41,238 bases of DNA from Octopus bimaculoides (taxonomy: Eukaryota), in NCBI RefSeq assembly GCF_001194135.2, contig NC_069010.1:275958-317195 (forward strand), written 5' to 3'. How positions within the stretch are numbered: position 1 is the stretch's first letter; every line of letters starts with the position of its first letter. Of the stretch, positions 24,743-34,779 are shown piece after piece. The position numbers and the translations under genes are program-made. The notes below the pieces were generated by a model. The model made no database searches. It worked only from the letters and a program-made list of their open reading frames with translations, and was not told the DNA's origin.

Positions 24743-24814
24743 AAATCTTTACAACAACTCAATTGCCGTCATCAAAGATGGATGGTTTTCAAATCTCTGT
24801 AATTTAAAAACATT
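24743..24814 (+). CDS. LRR exon L9: NLYNNSIAVIKDGWFSNLCNLKT(L)
   Basis: gcag|A...TT|gtaagt, 72 nt. Confidence 0.95.
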
Positions 24815-26111
24815 GTAAGTTGCCTCTGTTTTCTTCGCTCACGATATAACTGTCAATGTTTGATATTAAATCATTTGTCGATTTTTATCATTCACATTAG
24901 GAAGCCAAATGTAATCTGCTTTGTTGTTGTTGTTGTTGTTGTTGTTCTTCTTCTTCTTAACCTTCTCCTGTTTCTTCTTCTTCTTCTTAACCTTCTCCTG
25001 TTTCCTCTTCTTCTTCTTCTTCTTTTCCTCCTCCTGCTCATCCCATCTTCTCCTCCTCCTCCTATTCATTCTTCTTATTCTTCTTGTTCTACTCTTCTTC
25101 TTTTACTTTTTTTCTTCTTCACGTCCTTCTCTCTAGCTTTATCGTTTTCTTCTTCCTAACTTCTTGATCTTCATCTCGTTCTTCTTTTGTCTTTGCTCTT
25201 CTTCATCCTCTTCGTATTTATATTCTTGTTGTCCTTCGGTTCTTCTACACCTTCTCTTCTATTCTTCTTCATTTGATAATTATCATAACATTATGATCAT
25301 TAGCGTCGTCTTCATTACCATTATTCTTGTGAGGATTGTCATGATCTGCATTAGTATTTCATCATCATCTTTATCATTATTATGACCATGTCAATGATCA
25401 TCTTCATCATAATCTTCATCATCATCAACTTCATTGGCTTCTTCTTCATCTTCACCATCCTCATTATTTCCATCATCATTGTCATCATCATCACGATCTT
25501 CATCATAATCTTCATCATCATCCTCATTATTTCCATCATCATCATCACGATCATCATCATCACGATCTTCATCATCATGATCTTCATCATAATCGGCATT
25601 ATCGTCATCGTCATCATCAGCGTCATTATCGTCATCTCATTAATCATCACCATAGTAATAATCGTTAAGAACTTCATTATCATCACTCAACTTCATCAAC
25701 TTCATCATTGTTATCATCATCATGGCCAACATCATTCTCATCATCATCACCATCATCATCATCGTCATCATCATCTTAATCATCACGATCTTCATCATCG
25801 TCGCCGTCATTTTATCAACTACAGCATCATTATTATCATCATTATCATCAATACAAACTTCATTATCATCCTCATAAATGTAATCATTTAACGTCATGAT
25901 GATGATCATCACGGTCATCATCATCCCAATCATCATTATCACCATCACGTTTTTCATCATTTTCATTATCATTGTCATTATAATCCCCATCTTTCTCCTC
26001 CATATCATCATCCCCATCATTACCATCATCATCATCATCATCATCATCATCATTATCATCACCATTTTCATCATCATCATAATTACCATCAGCATCATCG
26101 TTATTATTATC

Positions 26112-27300
26112 ATACGGTTTGCCTATGTCTTGGTTCTCTATCAAACATGCGACAATCAACTAGACCTTTACACGCGGTGGTACGCCCGTTACCCTAACCC
26201 TAGTTGTCCATTCTGAAAGGTAGGTGGGATGCAAAACACATTCGTCAGTCCATCGGAGGAGATTGCGCATATCTTCACGCGAGGTCCTCACTTTTATAGA
26301 GGACTTGGATGGTGGCAAACTGTCTCCCTACCTGTATATGGGCCACATCTATTAAGATTTGTTTTAGGGCCTTCTCAACATGACTGAAGGAGGCGATTTC
26401 TGCTCTCCTGCGTTTGCGTGATATCAATCTAAAAATAGACCGTCTTCTTTTGTCTCTATTATCTCGCGAGGTAGGAGCACTGCTGCCTTACCCGCCTCAA
26501 ATTTAATGTCTTTCGCTTTAGAAAGTTCAAGTGTTTTCTCATCGAGTGCGTAGGAAAACAGCTTCCTGGTTGTGTTCGCCATGTCGTGAAATTGTTTGGC
26601 TTTGTTGTCGTCGTCGTTGCTGGTGGTGGTGGTGGTGGTGGAGGTGGTGATGGAGTTGTGGCCACTTCCACTGCTGCTACTCTCACCATTACTCTTACTA
26701 CCATTTCCTTCGACTCTGCTTAGAATTGTAGCATTCTTTCCCCCGCTAAAATCCGTAGCATTGTTGACGAAACTGCTGTCTCTGTTACTACTGCTACAGC
26801 CTCCGCTGTTGCTCCTGCTACTGGTCTTGCAAACAACTACTGCTGCTGCTGCTGCTGTTAATGCTGTTTTCAATTCTGCCACTGCTGCTACTGCTACCGC
26901 CTTTACTGTTGCTGCTGCGACGTCGACATCGTACTTTACCCCTGCGTTTTCTCCTCCCCTTCTCCTGTATTTTTGCCAGTAAAAGAGGGAAGGTGTGGTG
27001 GGGAAACTTCAGTAGTGAATAGACCTGCGGGAGGCGCAATTTTCTTTCTTAACTCCTTCAAGATGAGCGCAACCACCTTGTTGAATTTTATATGATTAAA
27101 CGCCCACCGAACGTATTTGGAGGGGATGAATACAGCCCCGCAAGGGGCAAACCAAAGACAGAAATCCAGTGACACGTTTCTGGCGTTTCTATTAGGAACT
27201 TGGAACAAAATTTAAACAGAAAAAAGACACCAACCGGGTATAAACAAATGTTTTCAACTGGACTTACTTCGAGTGTTCAAAAAGACACCCGATGTAATCC
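26112..27300 (-). mobile_element. Degenerate, 3'-truncated ORF1 (gag-like) of a non-LTR retroelement, related to the 37379-39207 element
   Basis: Minus strand IKFEAGKAAVLLPREIIETKEDGLF / HVEKALKQILIDVAHIQVGRQFATIQVLY / LHPTYLSEWTTRVRVTGVPP aligns by eye with IEVEGDSYKLCLLKETKENKIL / EIEECLGEIVNEATYINRGRKFGTVEVRF / LLPSYRGIGSVKIRI. The 5' boundary is approximate. Confidence 0.7.
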
Positions 27301-28139
27301 CGAGCATTAATAATAATAATAATAATAATAAAATACTACCATCAAATAGAGGATAGACAACACATTAGTAAATGCCGAATTCGTGAACAAAATTGTGAAA
27401 TCGTATGGCATTTTACCAGTCAATGTACGCCACTAGCCCAAAAGAAGAGCAGGAAAAAGATAAGATGAGAAAGAGGAACAAAGAGATAAAGAAAGAATGA
27501 GAAGAAGAAGAAGAAGAGTAGAACAAGAAGAATATGAAGAAGGAGGAGGAGAAGCAGGGGATAAGCAGGTGGAGGAGGAGAAGAAACAGACCAAGATGAA
27601 GAAGAAGAAGAAAAGCAAGTAGAATATAGCAGATAAATAAGGTAACGTCGGTTAGTATATAAAGAGAGAGAATACGAAGTAGACAGTTTTAGATAGTCGT
27701 GCCTTTACTGGTCTAACAACTATACTGTTATAGCGAAGTGGGCGTTATAACAATCCGACATTAAGGATTACAACACCTTTCTCACTGTCTCAAATTCCCA
27801 TTGTTCTATAACCAATATCTTTAAATTTTGACATGTATTCACAAACCTAACAGCTGACTACCCTTCAATTACTACCCATCTCACCCCTCTCACTCATCAC
27901 TCAACTCTCTTATCTCCTCTCATCCTTCCCTGCCTCAACACTCCCCACTCTCCACCGAGACTTCTACTTCTCCCCTTCCAATACTACTTGCTCTACACAT
28001 TTAAACATTCCATCTTTAAACATCTCTGCATCATGATCTGAAATCTTGTATATGTAGGCATATACATGTGTGTGTGTGTATATGCATATATATATTATTT
28101 ATATTATATATATATACAACATTAATAACGATAATGAGT

Positions 28140-29870
28140 AATACACTTTATGTATGTATGTGTGTATGTATGTATGCATGCATGCATGTATGTATGTCAT
28201 TGTTCAGTTTTATTTCAAAATTTCTTGCCAATAGAGAAAGAACCGATTTCTAACCTATATTCAAGCCTCCTTCATTGGAATCTCAACATCAACAACAATA
28301 TTTTATTTCTATGTAGGTATGTAGGTATGTATGTATGTATGTATGAATGTAGGTAAGTAGGTAGATAGGTAGTTAGATATATGTGCTGATTTTTGCGTTT
28401 TGCATTATGTTAGTAGTCTCATGCGTATACTTGCAAATCGAGACATCTTCATATATATTTAAACGATAAATTTCTGGGAAGTTTTATAAATGCTTACATT
28501 TCCAGTGATGGATTGGATCTGCAGTCTTCGAATTAGCTTTTCCTTTCTGACATTAGAAGCCTAATTTCTCAACATTGGTATTTAGGCAGTGTGTTAAATA
28601 TCCCAGGGCCCCAATAATTACAGGTATATACCTGAACTTACTATCTGCATAGAGTATCTGTATATTTCTCAATAGTTGAGCGTAGGTATTCTCTTTTTCA
28701 CTGATCTTTAGCTTTAAGTTAACATCCACTGGGCAGCTAATTTCCACAACTGTGCACAGTCTCCCTCCTCTACCCCGAATCATTATATCAGGTCTATTGT
28801 GCATACATTTTATTGAGGTCTTCACTGGGATATTCCACCAGTGCTCCGTTCAATGAAGCAGCCCAAATGTTGGTAAAAGTACTGGCACTGCAAACACAGT
28901 GTTTTATTGAATGCAGAGAGTTCTGAGCTCCAATCTTTTTTTTATTCGGCTGTAATACCCTTTAGTGACACAAGATATGTTGTCATCCACCCAAAGATAC
29001 CTGTAACGTTCCTCGTCAGATATAGGGAAAACAGTCAAATCATTAATGGAAATATTGCTAAACTGGTTTATATTTGCCCCCACCCCTTTCATACCATATA
29101 ACAACATATATCCTAACCAAACTCCAGCCCTACATCTTTGAGAATGTTATAACTAGGTAAAGGCTCTTTTTCGCGTAATGGATATTCTTTGCATAAAGTT
29201 TCAAATCATCCACAAAGAAACGGTGTAATTTTGATATTTATATCTCCTTGTGAACCTTCAGACTTCCTTAACATGAATGACAAGGGGGCTACAGAAAGTA
29301 TAAACATCACAGAGAAGTTGTCTCCTTGCGGTATGCTTTGTGGTATTGTATTCTATGAGCGATAATACAGTCACTCTTTGTGTTTAATTTCAAGATGGTG
29401 GTCCACTAGCAAGTCAGGTCAGCTTTGGCTTTGACTCTTCTCACTGGAACTTTAGAAAGCTGAAGGTCTTCTAGCATCCATGAGTGGGGAACAGAGTGAT
29501 AGGCTTTCTTGTAGTCTAGCCACGTTGAATCTTGGTCCCTACTATGCTCTCGCACCTCTCACACCACACCTTTGTTGATTAACAATTACTCGGCACATCC
29601 CAGCTGCTTGTTCTGCTGTGATGATGTTATTGGTTTCACAATAGTCCTGCAGGAAGAGGTTTAAGCATGCTGTATATATTTTATACATTAAGTTCTGGCA
29701 TGCAATTTGCCGGTACTTTTTTGCCATCTGGGTGGTTCTGCATTTGGAGATGAATTTCGTTTCTGACAGAGCTAACCACTGTAGTATGATACTGTTCCCA
29801 ATAAAAGCTTACGGTTACAGATTGATAATATACTGTTGGTAGAATGTTAGCTTCTTGTACCAATATGTAT
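28140..29870 (-). mobile_element. RLE non-LTR retrotransposon fragments (RT, endonuclease, 3' UTR, (TACA)n tail)
   Basis: NRPDIMIR..VVEISCPVDVNLKLKISEKENTYAQLL..IPVIIGALGY; RT pieces QNLMYKIYTACLN, EQAAG; 3' UTR 28185-28300 is the reverse complement of 34260-34380. Confidence 0.8.
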
Positions 29871-31188
29871 GTATGTATGTATGTATGTATGCCTGTGGGA
29901 GTTTTATATATTGTAGAATGGATTTCATTTAACAGAGTTTCTTGAGTACGTTTGTACTCTGAGATAATATCTCATGTATAACTGACGTACTTTCCGGTAC
30001 TTTAGTTTAATACATGGTACTTTGCAGGTTTTCTAGAATTCAAATTATATACAACCTTCAAGTAGTATTTCCAACAACATTTTGCCTCTGTGTGTATGGA
30101 CTGATATTATGAAGGATATACAGGATGTCCATAATGAACCTTTACAATTTGAAAGATTCAGTAAAATGGCAACTCAGCAAGTTGCGTGCAACCAATGGAA
30201 CCCACGTAGAAATGTTCTGATGTTTCTAATAAAGATTTCTTTGTGTTTTCCAATAAACTTCGACGAGTTAACCTTATTTTACATTTTCTGAATTTTTCAA
30301 ATCTTAAATATAATTTAATAGTACCTAGTATATATATACTACTAACGGTTAAAGATGAACATTAATTGTTATATACACTCTGAATAGGATTCTTAAAGTT
30401 GTGAACTGTTCTGAAGACAGTCAGTGTTGTAATAATTCACGTTTTATTTTCTTTGAAAAGTTCTTATAACATTACATTGCCATTAAAGTATATACTTTTA
30501 TAATTCTTTGTTCCAGTCATTGGAATTCGGCCATGCTGGGTTTCAACATTCAAGGGTTTAGTCGGTCAAATCGCCCTCAATACTTACTTTTTAAAATCTG
30601 TTGCTTAATCAGTCTCAAGCTTTTTTACCGAACCGCTAAGTTACGTAGATGTAAACAACCTGTTCTCAAGTGTGCTTGGGGATAAACGCAAAGACAGACA
30701 CATACGCATATATACAACGAACTTTCACACAGTTTCCGGTAGAAAATTTACTCACAGGGCTTATTCGACCCAAGGTGGCACACAGTGCGACTAAGGAATC
30801 CATGTCTGTGACAAGCAATTGTTATGCCACAGAGCAGTACCTGTACCTCTTTCGAAAATGATATTTCTATCATAGATGAGAATGTTGTATAGACCCCATC
30901 ATATGAACAGAACAGAGTCTCATTGCTGTGTCATTTTTATATTTTATCATCTTCCATGTTTTGTTGTTGGGGTTTCACAGCGGATTTTCTCTTAGCTTAG
31001 GAAATCTGAATCAGATTGAAGGAACCTATTCCTGTCCAAACAACACTGCTATAAGAACAATACAGAGAAATAAACAACGAGCATTTATTCAGTTCGTATT
31101 GGGTAAAGAGCATTTTAGACAAGAGAAAACAAGATTTATTTACTTTTATTTTAATGTGTATAATATTTGTCTTTCTTTTTTTTTTCAG

Positions 31189-31260
31189 ATATTTGAGAGA
31201 TAACCGAATAAAAAACTATGAAGATGGTGCTTTCTTATTCCTCCCCAGCATAACTAATAT
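31189..31260 (+). CDS. LRR exon L10 (divergent, unique flanks): YLRDNRIKNYEDGAFLFLPSITN(I/M)
   Basis: Strong acceptor ctttctttttttttttcag|A, donor AT|gtaagt, exactly 72 nt, phase 2/2, in frame with L9. Confidence 0.88.
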
Positions 31261-31558
31261 GTAAGTACAACGAATCTCTTTGCTTATTGGAAAATTAAAA
31301 TCTTATAGAAGAGGTCATCATTTTCTCAGTTCTTTCTGAAAGACGGGTGACAATAAATATCGATGAATTGCTTTAAATTTTAGTGGTTCGATATGGTTAT
31401 TTCTGAGTATTGTGTTTTATCATTGTAAATCTATGTTCAAATAGCATGAGGGTTGATTTAGTCTAATTTCATCCATGTTTATAAATGCACATAATAAACT
31501 GGAGATGATACAATGGCCCAGACACATATATGCATATATGTGTGTGTATGCGTATGTA

Positions 31559-32765
31559 TTGGGTCATCCCATATATAATGCGGTTTTTAATCTTTTATTT
31601 TTCAAAATGAAGATAACTAAAGTTCTTTTTTAATCTAAAATATACTCTCCTTCATTTTTTTATAATGTTCTCCCATCTCTCTGGTAGAGTTGCAAGGCCT
31701 TTCTTCTAAAATTCACTTGTCTGTGACGAAAAATACTTCTCCAGTACTGTTCTGACCTCGTCTACAGAATTTATATTTTTTCGTCCTAATGATTTTGAAG
31801 ATTGCCGAATAAATGATAATCAGATGGAGCAATGTCCGGCAAATGTAGTGAGTGGGGTACCGTTTCTCATTCAAACTGTTCCAGCCTTTGGGATTTCATT
31901 CTCGCTGTATGTGTCTGAGCATTATCTTGACGGAAGAACACCTTTCATTTTGAAACCAAAGATAGTCATTTTTTTTCCAACGTTGACTTAAACTGCTCAA
32001 GCAACTCGCAACAGGACTCCTTTGTTATCGATTAGTTTCGGTTTTAAAGTTGAAAGCGGACTAAACCTTTCATATCTCACCAAACAAATAACAAAACCTT
32101 ATGTGGGTAGAGACCTTTTAAAAGCGTGCGTTCCCCGTGTTTCTCCTTTTCCTGGCTTCGGCGCTTCGCATTTTTCTAGAAAAAACATTTCTCGTCCACA
32201 GTCACTATTCTGTTCAAAAACGGTTCATTCGTGAGACGTGACAGCAGAACTCACATTCAGTTTCTGCGTGCGAGAGTGAATGTGAGGAATCTATTGAACC
32301 AATTTGCAGATCTTCCGATGGCACGGAGGTGAGGAAGAATGGTTCAATGATCAAATCCAAGCATCTCTGCTGGTTCCTTAACAGTTACGATGGGATTTTG
32401 TTCCACCAGGATTTGTAGGTCGTCCTCGTTAAGTTCTACATATCTTCCTGGCCATGGCTCGTCTTCTAAGCTGTAGTGGCTGGCTCGGAATTTCTGGAAC
32501 CACTGTTGACACTGTTTCCATTGCATTGTTGCCTTTATTGAACTCATGGAGCAAAATATGCTGAATATGCTCCTTTGTCACTTCTATTATAAATTTGAAA
32601 GCTGTTAAAATCGAACTGCACTCTTCAAAGCTTCCACTAAGAATAAGTACAAGGTAGAATTACTACCTGTTTTTTATAGCAAGTTGATGCAGGTAGTTTA
32701 TCCTGACCCCTCCGACTTTTTGTTCATGCAATTGAAAAAACCGCATTATATATGGGATGACCTAA
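31559..32765 (-). mobile_element. Mariner/Tc1 DNA transposon, near full length (1207 bp), transposase degenerate
   Basis: 30-bp TIRs ttgggtcatcccatatataatgcggttttt / aaaaaccgcattatatatgggatgacctaa (1 mismatch), TA on both sides; minus strand QQWFQKFR..SLEDEPWPGR (HTH) and PDIAPSDYHLF. Confidence 0.93.
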
Positions 32766-32774
32766 TATATACAT

Positions 32775-32791
32775 AAACACACTATATACAT

Positions 32792-32873
<82 letters not shown>
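32775..32873. repeat. (CA)n microsatellite
   Basis: Visible. Confidence 0.95.
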
Positions 32874-32878
<5 letters not shown>

Positions 32879-33259
32879 CAATTAGTATTATTATGATATA
32901 TTCACACGATGACCAAATTATCAAAAGGAAGAATATCCATAACAGTTACATTTCGACATGTTTGATGGTTGCTGCTTTTGCCTCTGCATTTCCATCATGA
33001 AACCATTTGGTAATTTGGTTATCCCAAGAATATAATATTCTTTCTACTACAAGCACAATGTCTGAAGATTTATGGCTGGGGGCTTCTCGATTACATCCAC
33101 CTTAGTACTCCTTTGGTATTTAACTTAGCGACTCCGAATGGATAAAAGGTAAAGATCGCCTCAGAATTTAAACTCAGAGCGAGAAAACTGAAGAAATGCC
33201 GCCAAGCACCTTGTCCAGCATGATAACGATTCTGTAAGCTCGTCGTCTTCATGAGTCGA

Positions 33260-33486
33260 TAATATATTACGGCTTTCAAATTTTGGCACAAGGCCAGCAA
33301 GTTCGATGAAGAGTGTAAGTCGATTATATCGGCCCGTTCTCAAGTGCTACTTAATTTATCGACCCCGAAATGATGAAAGACGAAATCGACCTCGGTGAAA
33401 TTTGAACTCAGAACATAAGCACAGACGAAATGTCGACGACCATTTCATTTTGCCCAGCGTACTAACGGTTCCGCCAGTTCGCCGCG
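33260..33486 (-). mobile_element. tRNA-derived SINE, diverged
   Basis: gaccccgaaatgatgaaag..cgacctcggtgaaatttgaactcagaac..cagacgaaat..gccagttcgccgc, same family as 1050-1293. Confidence 0.75.
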
Positions 33487-33699
33487 TCAGTCTATAATAT
33501 AATATTATATAAACAATACTAATAATAGCCCCTCAGGGCTTGTTTATTTCTGATTGCGATTTTTAGATAATTACACACACAAACCTACCTACACACATCC
33601 ACACACACAGACACACACACTCTCTCTTTCTCTCTTTCTCTCTGTCACACACACACACACAATATGATATGATGTTTTAGCTAGGACACTGTAGCTAAA

Positions 33700-34570
33700 A
33701 CGGATAATCCGGACGACAAAGAAATAAAACTCACAGTATGGTGGAAGCTACAGCCACTCATAATAAAGAGGAGGGCTGGTGGAATGTCCCAGTGACAACC
33801 TCAATAAAATGGGAACACAACAGACCTAACATAATGATTTGGGATGGAGAAGAGAAATTGTGGGGAGTTGTGGAAATCAGCTGCCCAGCGGATGTTAACA
33901 TAAAGCTGAAGATAAGCGAAAAAGAAAATACCTACGCTAAACTATTGATAAATATGCAGTTACTCTATCCAGATGACAATTTCAGGTTTATACCTGTAAT
34001 TATTAGGGCACTGAGATATATAGCACACTGCCTAAATACTAATCTTCAGAGATTAGGCTTCTGAAAACCAGAAAGTAAAAAGCTGATTCGAAGACCACAG
34101 ATTCAAGCAATTACCGGAACTGTAAACATCAGTAAAACTTCCCAGAAATTTATCATTTAAGTATATATGAGCATGTCTTGATATGCAAGTATATGCATGG
34201 GAATATATGCACAAAACAAAATATACAAAACTTCACACATACATACATGCATATATAAAAAATACACTGCTGTTGATGTTGAAATTCCAATGAAGGGAGG
34301 TTGGACCTAGGCTGGAAACCGGCTCTTTCTCTATTGGCAAGAAATCTTGAAATAAAACTAAACAATGACATACATACATTTTTTGGGACAGGCAAGTAAA
34401 TGTATGTACCACCATAGAGGTCAGCTGTTCTGCTGATGTGACTATCTCTTTGAAAATCAAAGAGAAAGGTCACCAAATATGGACAACTGCTTCGATACCT
34501 CCAGCTTCTATATCAGAATTACAAATATATATCTGTACCATTAATAATTCGAATACTTGGTTTTGTAGTA
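33700..34570 (+). mobile_element. RLE non-LTR 3' end (endonuclease + 3' UTR), followed by a second short endonuclease fragment
   Basis: WWNVPV..NRPNIMIWD..VVEISCPADVNIKLKISEKENTYAKLL; same family as 28140-28860 in the opposite orientation. Confidence 0.8.
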
Positions 34571-34779
34571 AGAAAATGCCTTACTATTAGTCTGGAAAAG
34601 ATTGCATTTTCAGACAACGAAATCAGTCAGCTGATATGGATATTACAAATACAATTTTCGAGTGGAACAGTAAACTTATGCAAGACATTTCTCACGTTTT
34701 AAATGTGACATTGTGCATACATAAACACATTATTACATATGGAATACAATTTCGAAACCATGTTACGTCCATCAGCACG

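Larger units (their letters stand above)
15865..26110 (+). repeat. Tandem array of LRR exon-intron units (unit ~0.45-1.6 kb)
   Basis: Nine copies of gtaagtt(g/t)cct...gatataa...caatgttt(a/g)atattaaatcattt; shared upstream flank ...ccctttt(t)ataatgcag; intron cores of degenerate (CTT/CCT)n followed by (ATC)n. Confidence 0.95.

Noticed and set aside
16191-24900. CRISPR-like pattern of conserved repeats separated by variable spacers
   Set aside because: Eukaryotic DNA; units are 0.45-1.6 kb and the variable parts are spliced LRR exons.
15865-26110. Dozens of poly-Ile/His/Ser/Leu (+) and poly-Asp/Met (-) ORFs, e.g. the acidic 182-aa ORF 19944-20492
   Set aside because: They are translations of (ATC)n/(CTT)n intron cores, open in several frames at once, with no domain or splice support.
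26424-26882. Minus-strand ORF with N-glycosylation sequons and AAVLLPREII, first read as an adhesion-GPCR GAIN/mucin exon
   Set aside because: It is on the opposite strand to the GPCR exons, and the sequence continuing downstream aligns with the retroelement ORF1 at 37514.
30037-30108. 72-nt stretch after ctag ending in TT (IQIIYNLQVVFPTTF...)
   Set aside because: No GT donor follows, and the Asn/Leu spacing does not fit the LRR consensus.
30981-31102. Possible exon GFSLSLGNLNQIEGTYSCPNNTAIRTIQRNKQRAFIQFVL (cacag...G|gtaaag) just before L10
   Set aside because: It ends in phase 1, incompatible with L10's phase-2 start, and has no recognisable domain.
32960-33040. Minus-strand YSWDNQITKWF resembling an LRR start
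   Set aside because: The rest lacks the LRR pattern, there are no suitable splice sites, and it is on the opposite strand.
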